A stretch of 64,000 bases of DNA from NCBI GenBank assembly GCA_012295275.1, contig CM022665.1, forward strand, positions 19,778,001-19,842,000, given 5' to 3'. Position 1 is the first letter of the stretch. Each line of letters begins with the position of its first letter. The position numbers and the translations under genes were made by a program. Origin of the DNA: Chrysomallon squamiferum (Eukaryota; Animalia; Mollusca). Below, piece by piece: positions 1 through 26,967 of this stretch. A model generated the notes under the pieces. It was not told the origin of the DNA and made no database searches. It worked only from the letters and a program-made list of their open reading frames with translations.

Positions 1-54
1 TATTAGCTGTATGTATGAAGTATCTGAATGTTAGCTGCATGTGTAAATACTTAC

Positions 55-3000
55 TGGAACTGTTGGCTGTGTCTATGGTGAGAGGGGGGTTTTCAGCAGT
101 GAAGTCTGGGGGCTTCACATCTGTTGTGTCTGTAACTTTGGGTACAATGTGAGGCAGAGTTTTTGCCTGTTGCTGAAAAGCCTGCAGACTGTGAAGACCC
201 TGTGGAAACAGATATAAAAATTAATTTGAGAAACACTGCTATAGTATCACCTATCTGGAAGATGAATAATATGAACAATTTAACATGTTTTTGTTTTTAA
301 CTCACCTGCAGGTTTGCCATCATCAGCGTCTGTCCATTAGCAGTGGGGATGATGACTGCAGGTATTGAATTTGTTGTTGTCTGTCCAGGAGGTGGGTAAC
401 GCCGTGGCCGTCCACGTCCTCTTTTTACTACTGTAAGACACACTCACACATATCACTTTACATAAACACATGTGACTTTATATAAACACATATTATTTTA
501 CATAAACACAGTATTTTACATAAAAACATTACTTTACAAACACATGTTACTTTATATAAACACATTTTATTTTATATAAATATGTTACTTTAAATAAACC
601 GATTACTTTACATCAATACAAGTTACTTAACACAAACATGTTACTCAACACAAATATGTATTACATATTATTACATAAAAAGGTATTAAACTATTACATA
701 AACACATTATATATCATTATATGAACTCCCTTCACATTAGTTCATTATCACATCTACAACTATCATACACTACACAAACATATCATCATTTATAACCAAA
801 AAACCACCAGAAAATTTTATCTTAAATATTTTATGAAAATCCACAATGAATTTTTTGGTTTTCAAAGTAAAGTAACATAACAGCTGAACAAAAATGCTTT
901 CACACAACAGGTTTGTAATGTGCTACCCTTTGATATACAGAAAAGAACACTTTATTTCGTAAACTGAAAGGGGTTGCCCTTTAGTTTAAATCCTTAAGTA
1001 CAAATCTTAGATTAAAAGCTTATATTAAAACCTTAGACTAAAGGCTTTGATTAAAGTCTTAGATTAAAAACCTTAGATTAAAACCTTAGATTAAAGCCTT
1101 AGATTAAAACTTAGATTAAAGGCTTATATTAAAGCCTTAATTAAAGCCTTAGATTAAAACTTTAAGAAAAATCTAAGTTTAAAAGCCTATATCAAAGCCT
1201 TATATTTATGCCTTCGATTTAAACCTTAGGTTAATGCTTTAGATTAAAACCTTAAGCTGTATCCTAACCAGGCACGAGCAACACGACACTATTTATATCC
1301 AAACCAGATGCCACTATGACAGTATCAGTTTTGAAACTTTGATCCACTACTGAATACAAGTTAAGCCTATCAGGGTATGTTTTAAAATGTTCTATCATCT
1401 TAATGTGTTTGTGTTTGGAGGGGGAGCTGCTCACCTTCCCCCAAGCCTGGGTAGGATTGGATCTTCCAAGAAGCTTATACCTGCATGTTATTAATAAAAC
1501 ACATACATTACTTACTAAATAAACCTAGAGTTTTCCAATATTCTTCCAGGCATCTTCTTTTCTGTTGTTATCTTCATATTTTGACAAAGAACAATCATAA
1601 AGTACTGGAAACATCTGAACAAGATGGATGAATTGTTTACCTTTGATTTTCATGAACTGGGGGACATAATCTTGTTTGTGATTGGTTAATATATTTTAGA
1701 CACTCGTGTGGTGCAACAAAAAACAGAAAAAATTCCTATCAGTATTGTGTCACACGCTGAGCTAGCTCAAACTGTCGTGCTTTATGTGTGCAGTTAGGAT
1801 GCTGCATTTGAAATCAGTGCTTTCTAAAAAAAAAATCACTTGAGTCGCAAAGCCCTGATAGGATACAGCTTTAGATTAAAACTTAAGTAAAACCCTTAGA
1901 TTAAAAGCTTACATTAAAACCTTAGATTAAAGCCTTAGATTAAAAGCTTAGATTAAAAGCTAAGATTAAAAGCTTAGGTTAAAAGCTTAAATTAATAAAA
2001 TACCGAAAGGTGAAAATGATGATTCTCTGACGGTTCGGCGACGTTTTATTCCAGACAGGGTGACATCTGGGTCCAAGTCTGGGTTGTCTTCATCTGGACT
2101 GTTGTCTGGCTCCCCATCTGATGGAACCAGAACATCATAATCTGAATAAATAAATTTTAAACTTATATTAAAACCACTTCACTGACTTTTAGAATGATTA
2201 GTTGGTTTAACAAAAAATTTCATTTAATTTGCATAGTGTTCACAATATTTACGTTTCAGCTTTTAATTTTCTCTCTCACCGTATAACACTTTGTTTTTCA
2301 CACAGTCTTACATTTTCACACATTTTCATAAACATTACCTTCTAACACTTTGTTTTTCACACAGTCTTACATTTTCACACATTTTCATAAACATTACCTT
2401 CTAACACTTTGTTTTTCACACAGTCTTACATTTTCACACATTTTCATAAACATTACCTTCTAACACTTTGTTTTTCACACAGTCTTACATTTTCACACAT
2501 TTTCATAAACATTACCTTCTAACACTTTGTTTTTCACACAGTCTTACATTTTCACACATTTTCATAAACATTACCTTCTAACACTTTGTTTTTCACACAG
2601 TCTTACATTTTCACACATTTTCATAAACATTACCTTCTAACACTTTGTTTTTCACACAGTCTTACATTTTCACACATTTTCATAAACATTACCTTCTAAC
2701 ACTTTGTTTTTCACACAGTCTTACATTTTCACACATTTTCATAAACATTACCTTCTAACACTTTGTTTTTCACACAGTCTTACATTTTCACACATTTTCA
2801 TAAACATTACCTTCTAACACTTTGTTTTTTCACACAGTCTTACATTTTCACACATTTTCATAAACATTACCTTCTAACACTTTGTTTTTCACACAGTCTT
2901 ACATTTTCACACATTTTCATAAACATTACCTTCTAACACTTTGTTTTTCACACAGTCTTACATTTTCACACATTTTCATAAACATTACCTTCTAACACTT

Positions 3001-5410
3001 TGTTTTTCACACAGTCTTGACATTTTCACACATTTTCATAAACATTACCTTCTAACACTTTGTTTTTCACACAGTCTTACATTTTCACACATTTTCATAA
3101 ACATTACCTTCTAACACTTTGTTTTTCACACGCACCCTCCCGCTTCTTCTAACTCCATCAGGACCTGCAAAGTAATTAAACGTTTAAAAATCACATCCAA
3201 CTATGCTTACATAGAGATATTTATATCTTTCTCAGTTTGAAAGAAAACCTACTTTGTTACATACCTGTGTTAGAAAGTTCAAGCAGACCCTCGGCTGCAC
3301 TGCTTGTTGTCTGGTCACATTTTTTGCCAGTTTTTGATGATTTACTTTTCTGTTGAACATTATCAGTGCTGTCTGACTTTTTGGGTCGTCCACGTTTTCG
3401 TTTACCTAAATTAATAGTTCTGTCTTGAGTAAATCTGTTTTTAATTTTGAAGTACACTTACTGTCACTGAAAATTTGATAATGTGATTTTTGTAAAAGCA
3501 ATTTATTACTCTGAAATTATTAAAAGTCTATGTTACCTTTACATGTGTATGTAAGTGTCTTTTGCCTTTACGGTGTATGTTACCTATGGTAATTAGTAAA
3601 TGAGTGTTTTACCTATGTATGTAAGTAAGTGGACTAGGTAACTGTAAGCGTATGTTTCCTATACAGGTACTTGTAAGTGTATATGAATTTACCTTCAGGA
3701 GGCAGGAGTGGATATGCACACATCTCATTAGTTTCGGGGTTTAACATCAGCACACATTTCTTTCCATTGATGATAATCTCCGTCTGCTCACTCACTGCGA
3801 TAGGAGAACTGAGATCTGGCTTCCTCTCCTCTTCCTTTCTTTTCTCACAGTCTGGCAAAATACAAAAATTGTAAATATCTCCAAGATATTTTCTCTTTTA
3901 ACAAATAAAAAAAACAACTCATTGATGTATTTTAATATCTGATTTTTGTAAAATACTGACTATCAGTATTTTATTTTGTACTGTCACATAAATTAGGTGA
4001 TTGTATTAGCCCACTACAGAGAACTAACTGTTGCTGTGACCTGACGTGCCCTCTGTATGTGTCTCAACAACAGAGTAAAGAAGCATCACTGGATTGTCGC
4101 ACTTAAGTTTCAAACATACAGATCAGATTATTTCAGTGTATTTCATACCTGTGACAACAGTTTAATTCATACCTCCATTGTATTTGAGTTGATTGCAGTC
4201 TTCTTGCTGCTGTTCTCTTTTAATATCATTCTCACCTTGACTTTGCTCTATGTCAGTCACCAGTTTATCTTGGTTTGTTGCGTTCGTCTCGACCGTTGAT
4301 GAGCTCTCGTCTTTGTTCTACAAAACAATCATTTCTTTACATCAAAGAATCCTATTATTTTAGAAAATAATATTATCTTTACATCAAAGTATCCTGTTAA
4401 TTTACAAAATAATCATTTCTTTACATCAATTTTTTTTTATTTTACAAAATAATTACTTGTATTTCATTATGTTAAATAAACTATCCTGTATATTCTTTGA
4501 AATTATCACTTGTATTTCATTATATTATAGGCTAAGTATCCTATACAGGGTAAATATAAAGTCCTTGTGCAGTTTTAAATTTTTACAACTTCTGATCTAT
4601 GCATGACAGAAATGATCTGTTAAAAAGGGTAAAAGAAATGAATTTTTGGATTTCTAAATATATTAATTGTTGAATCCTAGAAATACATTTGTAGCTGATT
4701 TTCAGTTATTTCATAATAACAGTGGTCATGTTTGAATATTCATTAAATCAGTACAATATTTCTTTCTTTAGATGTTACCCTTTTAAATCTCTACTGTTAT
4801 ATATTCAAGTTATAAATATACAATTCATACTCAAAAGCAATTTATGTGTAACAATTTACCTGATTATAATTACAAAATTTTGTGTGTAAAGATTTACCTG
4901 ACTGCCCTCTTGTGTCAGAATCTGATAAGTGCCTGGAGTTATCTCCACAGCGCCATCTAGTCCTTGTTGTTGTAGTATGATTTGAGTGGCCTCTTCTAGG
5001 CTGATTGTGATTGTCTGCCCCTGTTCTAAGTTCTCACTTGTTGTATACAAATGTTGCCTAGCAACCACTGTTGAGTCATTCTGTGATGGTTCATCAACAC
5101 CAGTTTCTATTATATTGGTATGATTTTCATCAACACATGATTCAATCATACTGGTATGATTTTCATCAACACATGTTTCAATCAAACTGGTTTGATTTTC
5201 ATCAACATTATTTTCCATCAAACTTGTCTGATTTTCATCAACACAAGTTTCCATCAAAGTGGTCTGATTTTCATCAACACACGATGCTATCATATTAACA
5301 TGATTTTCATCAATATTATTTTCTATCATACTGGAATGCTGAACACTGACAAACTGCACTTGTTCAGACTCTGATGTACATCTATTCATTATCTTATTGT
5401 TTCTTGTCAT
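55..5410 (-). CDS. AT-hook-containing nuclear protein, multi-exon, continues off the left window edge
   Basis: Phase-consistent GT-AG exons (minus): 5410-4898, 4317-4173, 3851-3693, 3405-3265, 3164-3108, 2141-2004, 430-306, 199-55. Encodes two AT-hook cores (KRKRGRPKK; KRGRGRPRRYP), basic NLS-like runs (RRSGRVRVK, IKRRR) and acidic low-complexity segments. The ATG at 5410 directly follows an acceptor AG, so upstream exon(s) exist. Family identity beyond the AT-hooks is not determinable here. Confidence 0.8.
1000..1990. repeat. 12-14 bp 'ccttagattaaaa' satellite, split into 1000-1254 and 1871-1990 by a MITE
   Basis: Repeated ttagattaaaacc/ttagattaaagcc units on both sides of the 1255-1870 insert. 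Confidence 0.85.
1255..1870. mobile_element. PIF/Harbinger-type MITE (616 bp) with TTA target-site duplication
   Basis: Terminal inverted repeat AGCTGTATCCTA(accagg)...(cctga)TAGGATACAGCT, 12 bp perfect. TTA at 1252-1254 and 1871-1873; removing the insert restores an intact satellite unit (aaaaccTTAgattaaaa). 3-bp TTA/TAA TSDs are characteristic of PIF/Harbinger. Confidence 0.75.
2283..3130 (-). repeat. 59-bp minisatellite, about 14 near-identical copies, each containing an exon 3' end plus 5' splice site
   Basis: Unit (minus) gtgtgaaaaacaaagtgttagaag|GTAATGtttatgaaaatgtgtgaaaatgtaagact; the first copy is the real end of exon 3164-3108. Confidence 0.95.
5085..5325 (-). repeat. Coding 33-bp (11-aa) tandem repeat, about 7 copies (xxxCVDENQTS-like)
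   Basis: Translation shows IDENHVNMIAS-CVDENQTTLMET-CVDENQTSLMEN-NVDENQTSLIET-CVDENHTSMIES-CVDENHTNIIET-GVDE; DNA core gattttcatcaaca recurs every 33 nt. Confidence 0.9.
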
Positions 5411-6069
5411 CTACAAAGAAATGTGTAACAATTATAACTTGATACCTACAAATTAATTTTATAACAGTTATCACTTAACATCTACAAAGAAATTATATAT
5501 CTTATTGTTTCTTGACATCTACAAATAAACCGTGTAACAGTTATCACTTGACATCTACAAATGACAAGTTCAGATGTTTCTATGTGTAAAATGATATAGT
5601 GATTTAGAGATAGTACATATGTCTGTATGCAATTTAATAAAATCTGATTACTGATAGTTACAGATATCTGTACATGATATTGTAAGTATGATTAGTCACA
5701 GTTAAAAATGTCTACAATATAGTGTGAATTATATCATATATGAATGAAGATTTTTGTTTTCAGAATGGAAACATTGTAAATGATCAAGCATGTAAGAAAA
5801 CACAGATTTAAATTATGTCACATTATTTAATCACTGACTGCCATTTGATGGAGAATACCTTTCTGGTATTCTTGTCTCAGAGGATACAGAAGTTGGTAAA
5901 ATTAATATAATACAGCTTGCTAAATTAATAATTCATTAACCAAATTCCAAATCAGTAGTCAAATCAGGAATATTAACCTGCATTTATTATTATTATTATT
6001 ACTATTTTGAATAAAGACGAATTATGATAATTTTACTGTATGATATTGAAATAAAGAAACATTTTTCAA

Positions 6070-6713
6070 ATGCCCCGCCCCTTGCGATTAAGTCACATGA
6101 CAAAATGGCGTCGCTACCTTACATTTTGTTCGGAATTGTTATGTTTGTATTTATAGATCAATAAACGACTTAAAATAAATAATTAACAGAAATATGACAT
6201 ATGACATTCGAATAAATATATAGTAATCCTCAAAATGTTATTTCATAAATAATCGTAAACAAACGGCATTCTTTTATGCAAATAGGATTGCTACATTTGG
6301 CCCGTATCATCAGCCGGGCAAAACGTAATCCATAGTAACGCTCCTTGCTAATATATGGTCAAGTATTTCAATATTCTTTCATAAAATATGGTTAGCATAT
6401 AGATGTATTTACAACATACTTACCAACAATAAAATATTCGTAATATTTTCTTGTTAACCCGGACCTGTTGTGTGGTTTTCGTTCGGTGCCATCCCATAAT
6501 AGTTTGTGACGTCACAACCAAAGGTATACAACTCTTTGGGGTCGCAGTGAGAAACGTACAAGCAGACGCCTTGTTTGTATTTTCATCATCAAACTTTGAA
6601 AACTGATAATTAGGCACTTTAGAATACAAAGCTATTTATTTATTACTTACGCTGCAATATGCATGTATGAATATCACTGCAATCCGATTTAGTCACATGA
6701 TGATAATTATAAA

Positions 6714-6780
<67 letters not shown>

Positions 6781-7600
6781 TGATGATGATGATGATGATG
6801 ACAATGTTGATATTAACAGATCAATAGGCGGCCTATTATTTATAATTTGTTTTGATACTGTCATTAGAAACAATATGTTCTTCTAGTTTTGATTTTTACA
6901 CTTGACACTGAGATATAAAATATGTAATAGTACAAAAGGTGATAAAGTGTTGTAATTTGTGTAAATAGTCGCCAAGCATCACGTAAAAAGAATGACATAG
7001 CCACTTAAAATCTAAATTTGGGAACTTTCTCCGCAGAGGCTCATGTTGTTTATTTTTTTTTTTTCTAAAATGCATCGTTTATCAAATCTAACAATGTCTG
7101 ATGAAATAAAAACGTAAACACAATTGCAGTTGAAACTCCAGCTGTTTTAATAACAATAGTAGATACATTTTCACACCGTAAATATTAATCATTAATATAA
7201 TTGCGCAAGAATGTGGTTTGCTCCGATGTTTGACTTCGCGCCAACATACATAGTTTTTTATTTTTTTAAATTTATTTATTTATTTATTTATTTATTTATT
7301 TTTGTAATTTTATTAATTTTAGTTTCATTGGTAACATACTTGTAATTAATTAAAACATTTTTTTTTTTTTTTTTAAATAAAATAAAAAATACAAAATAGC
7401 TTTGACATACAGAACCATTTCCAAAAGGCAATACATTACTCATTATTAAATAAATACAATTATATTTCATTTGTTTGTTTTGTGGACAAGATCTTATCCA
7501 AGCTGTACGTAGTGCATGAGGTTTCATATTGTCATTTTTGAATTTTTAGATGTTCTGATTATTTTTGTCAGTGAAACTGTCTACGCAAACACAAACTCTG

Positions 7601-7632
<32 letters not shown>

Positions 7633-8678
7633 ACAGACACACCTTATTATTTTATAAATAGAGTAGAATAACGATTAATAATTGTTTTGATAATCTTATT
7701 CATTAATATAAAATAACATAAACTCAACAAGCACTCAAAATATAACCCCCCCCCCCCCAAAAACGAAAAAAAAAAAAAAAAAACCCCACATAAACAAACA
7801 AACAAATGGTTACTTCCGGATGACGTTTTTCGGGTGTCTTTTTTTTTTATCATTCAATCCATGTGCCCTTTGATATTAAACTTTTTTCTGCTCCTGGGTT
7901 CTCTACTTCAGTGCGCTACGACTATATTGTTAACACTGCTTAATAAATTTATTTATCAAAATTACATTACATTACATTACATACATACATACAATATACA
8001 TAGACACATAAATACATACATTCATAAATGCATATTTGCATAGATACATAAACACATATGTACGTACGTACACACATGCATACATACATACAAATGTGTG
8101 TAAACGCACAAATAAATATAAGTTTAAAAAGTAATTTATTGGCGTCGTTGAAACCTTAACAGTGATCGTTACTGTAACTTAATAAACTAAGATCATTACC
8201 GTCACAAGACATAAAATCGAAAAAATCTTAACTTAACTGGGTGTAATACTAAAATCACTGGTGACATATAAGTCAACATCAGTCATTAATCATAACATAT
8301 GTCGCAATAATGTCACCTGTAAGAATTTATTTATTTTATTAAAAAAAGAAGGAAAAAGAAAAAAAAGGAAAAGAAAAGTATTGCGTTTTACAACTATTTA
8401 TTTAAAATAACAATTGCACTGTTTGTAGTATTTTTGCCCTTAATCAGTAGGGTCGTATAATGAAGAATTATGCTGCAGCGTAGGTTGGGTTCTCTGCGCC
8501 CCGGAAGCGAATATAGTTATGACTCCCCCGCTTGAGTTACCTCTGAAATGTTTTGTTATTTATAATCCTCTGAAATAAAGAATCACCTTTCTTAGACCAG
8601 TCATCGCGCCTAGAAACGAGAATTACATAAGAATTAAGATAAACATAATATTAGCAGCCATTAAAATAATAATAAATA

Positions 8679-8732
<54 letters not shown>

Positions 8733-9300
8733 CTTAATTTTAAAAAATAGGCCAGATGAAAATTTGCGCCTCTTTACACTTGCTACGGCTCTGTAATTAT
8801 GTAAAAGATAACGGAAAAAACAAAAAAAAAAAAAAAAAAAAAAAAAAAACAACAAAACCCCCCTCCAAAACCCCAACAACAACAACGGGACGGTAATGAT
8901 AACAGTTTTTAATATAAAATATAACAGAAAACTAAATATATCTTTGCTGTGGCTGTAAATACTTCATATATATGCATATAATATTTAGTTTGGCAAAAAC
9001 TGGTGGCACTATTAAAATAAAAAGAATAGAAAACAAAAATCTTCGATTTTCTAACTGTAATTTTCACACTTTCTGGAGAATAATCCATTTATTAATTATT
9101 AGTGATAGTAATAAAAGCAAAAGAAGTTGTGGCAGTAAAACTGATAGTAAAGTAGCAATAGTAGCAGTAGTAGTAGTCGAAGTAGAAGCGGTAGTGGTTC
9201 TACCTAACTTACGCGACTTTATCTCTCGAATATATTCATGACAGGGAACGGAAACGGAAGAGGTGTGAAAAGAAAGTACAAAGTTGAAGGTTCAGTTAAA
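6070..9300. promoter_or_regulatory. Divergent promoter region between the AT-hook gene and TPC2
   Basis: CpG-retaining interval between head-to-head genes. Motifs: GC box gccccgcccc (~6072), gtcacatgac E-box/CLEAR-like (~6092), YY1-type caaaatggcg (6101), palindromic CRE ttgtgacgtcacaa (6504-6517), ETS+CRE acttccggatgacg (~7812), ccggaag (~8500), cggaaacggaag (~9249). TSS positions are not determinable. Confidence 0.55.
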
Positions 9301-9336
9301 AAATCCATTAGTATTTACATTTATTTTAAAAGACTA

Positions 9337-23683
<14,347 letters not shown>

Positions 23684-26078
23684 CGCCAACCTCAGTTCTG
23701 CACAGCATCAGCACGGCGGCACAGTGTCTTAAACCAGCCTGTGTAGAGAAGTGACAGCAGATGATGAGATTATTTCTTTGTCTTCCTATCTCTGTGTACA
23801 CCATCTTCTATTTAATACTGTACCTGATTTTTAATTTATACAGATGAAAATAAATGAGACATATAAACCTAAGTATGTAACACAATTATTGAAAATTTGA
23901 TGTCTTCATGTGAACATCAGTTAAGTGTTCAGGTATATCAAAAAATGTAAATCATATTTAGAACTGTTGATATATATATATATTATATATATATATATAT
24001 ATCTTATTTAGCAATGATCATTTATATCAGAAAATGTAAATATGTATACTTGGTATGTAACAGGTATGTATGTATCTATCTATCTCTCTATGTATCTCTC
24101 CATGAAATGTATAAATATATACCATCACTGCTAAATATTTGCAAACATTAACATTTTTAATACATATATGTCTGTGTGTGTGTGTTAAAAATGTAAATAT
24201 TTAGCAGTGTTTATTGAAAATGTAAATCTATTTCTGCACAAATAGTAAATTAATTATTCTACACCACTGACATCCAGGTATTGCAGTTGTAACAGTGATC
24301 TTGACAAACTGGTTTTTATATTAAAAAGGAAATCAAAATGAGAGTGGTTCAGCAGATAGTTAGAGAATGATGAATCACTCACAGAGCAGGAGGAAATGAC
24401 CTTTGTTTGTCACACATCCTCATTATCTAACCGTTTTGTCATTTGTAAATTATTTTTGTGAATTTTTTTAACACAGTTACATTCCTCCAGATATATCAAC
24501 TCTAACAGGTTCACATTATGCTATTTACAATTTTATGTCAGTGTATGTTTTAGTTTCTTGTCTTTCTTCTTGTTTATTTCTTCTACATTGGCAGATGAAA
24601 TTTCTCATGACTTACAAAAATGGCAACCACAGACAAGAATCAAGGTCTTTCTTTTTTATTTCTTTTTTCTTAATGACCATGTTATAATGATTTTTGTATT
24701 TTTGTATTTTTAAACAAAAATTTTAAAGGGTTGTTTTTCTTCTTTTTTTTTGTTCTTCTTAAGAAAAATTATTTTTATCATTATTATTTTTTTAATGTGT
24801 TTTTCATACGAGTGCATTATCAGTCATATGTTAATACTGAAATAACAAATTCTTTTGCAATTTGAGATGAAAGAAATGTGTATACCAATTTTTATCAAAA
24901 TCAGAATTGTTTGGAATGACCCTTAAACACTTACTGCAAAATCTATCTATCTGTCTATTTATATTTATATATATTAGCTTTTGTTTAATTTTGTAGATTT
25001 TTGCCATGTCAAAACAGTATTTGTTGAATATTCTGCTGCTAACTGATAAAAAAAAAAAAAAAAAAAAAATCATCTTAAAAAATATGTTAGTCTACTGTGG
25101 AGGGGGGCTGGTCAAATCAACCAACGATTCCTTAACCAATTCATTTTACCTTTTTCTTAAGTCAAGGGAAGTGAGTGATAATACTTTGTTAAGTACAAAA
25201 ATAAATAAATTAAAATATACAATTTTAAAGTAACAATAGTAGTAGTAGTAGTAGTAGTAGTAGAAGTTGTAATGATAATGTATTTTTAAATTCCTTTGTC
25301 CAATGTTCGAGTTATCGATTTCAACACTGACATAATATGCTAATGGTATTTTTGAATATATTTTATCTATTTTATTAATTTTGACAGAAGACGAACATGA
25401 AATACACACGTGTATCTAGTTTATTAAACTTTAGTGCAGTAAGAGTGGTATGGTTCACCACGTGACAGTATAATAAAAGCTTTTACTGTATTTTTTTTTT
25501 TTTTTGATTCTTTTCATTTGTAACAAACGAAATGATCTGTTTTGGCACGTTATATATACAATAGCATGGACCAATGATTTTTTTAAATAAAAAGAGGAAA
25601 CTCATTGTTTGAATACATAATAGTACATGTTACAGAAGTTGAATGCTTTTTGTTTTAACAAAAAAAGTGAAAATTTAATTTAAAAAAAAAAAATGTGTAT
25701 GGATGGTTGACGGACCGTTAATTTTTTAATTATTATTATTTTTTTAACCTTCTGTTGTAAAACTGCATGAAGCGTTATAATGAATGTATCATGCAATCAT
25801 TCAAGTAACACGGGATCAATTTGTTTTTTACATGTAAATACGACCTCTAATGCACTGAAAATGGAAATAAATATTATAAAAAAAAAAAAAAAAAAAGAAG
25901 AAAAAAGAAGAATTATAATGGCTTCATGTATCGTTTTACAACTACGTACTCAGAACTGTCCGCTACGGAGTTTTAGCAGAGTAACGAGTCCACATCATGG
26001 TACCTAATGAGAATGGTCATCTTCATATTCACGCGCCAGTGTGTGTGAAAATTATTTATTTTATTTTATTTTATTTTA

Positions 26079-26129
<51 letters not shown>

Positions 26130-26967
26130 TTTATTTTTTTGGCTGGCGACGTCATAACATCTGAAAAAAAAAAAAAAATATATAGTACGAAACGCAGACA
26201 AGATTACAAAAAAAAAAGAGAAAAAGGTTTCGACCTTTGCAGAAATTTCTACTCAATAATAGACAGCTATGTATACGAGGCATTGATTAAATGACATGTT
26301 TCGCCAAATTACTTTTAATAATCCATGTAGAATTGATTGCCTTATGAACGAATACGTGTTTAAAAGTATGCAACAGCGTTCGACGCTGCCATCTTGGATT
26401 TCGACCGGAAGTTTCCGTGAGCTCACGAAATGTTTTAAACTTCCAAATTCAATTATTTTACGTCCGTTTTCTGAACTTTTTATGATTTACACTGATAAAG
26501 ATAACGATGGTTGTTAATATTACCAAAGCATGATGGCGCGCGCCTTTCGTAACTACTCTTTGAATTAATGAAACTTTTCAAACTGCATTATTTTTGTGAA
26601 AATGCGTACATAATAAACAAAAATTATAATTCGGTATAATATTAATGTATTAACTTTTCTAATTGGCAATATTTCCCGTGTCACAACCCAACAGAAAAGA
26701 ACATTCAGGTGAAGTTTACACCCATTAACTTGTGGATGCATTTGTTCCGGTGACGCAATTTGTGCCGTTACGAGTTATCGTTCCTGTTGGTCCATGCTAC
26801 GTACAATAACGGTTGTATTTCAACTGCCTGTTTCGTAACAGACATTTATTGATTAAAACAGTTTGAACTAAAACGGTCATTACCTTCCTGATTATCAGGG
26901 AGTGTGCACACATATACACACATGTTCACATCTGTAGGGATCTACAGACAAACGAGTGAGCACAGTT

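Noticed and set aside
2283-3130. CRISPR-like regular array
   Set aside because: Units are head-to-tail with no unique spacers, there are no cas genes, and the context is a eukaryotic intron.
9238-9336. Upstream in-frame ATG extending the TPC2 N-terminus
   Set aside because: It overlaps tandem ETS-like promoter motifs and AT-rich UTR-like sequence; ATG 9337 is preferred, though this is not proven.
24330-24440. Possible alternative TPC2 last exon or C/D snoRNA (ATGATGA box)
   Set aside because: No stop-free frame with a suitable acceptor; no D box or terminal stem found.
26285-26680. Possible non-autonomous DNA transposon (gccatcttggatttcgaccggaagt core)
   Set aside because: Convincing TIRs or a TSD could not be identified by eye.
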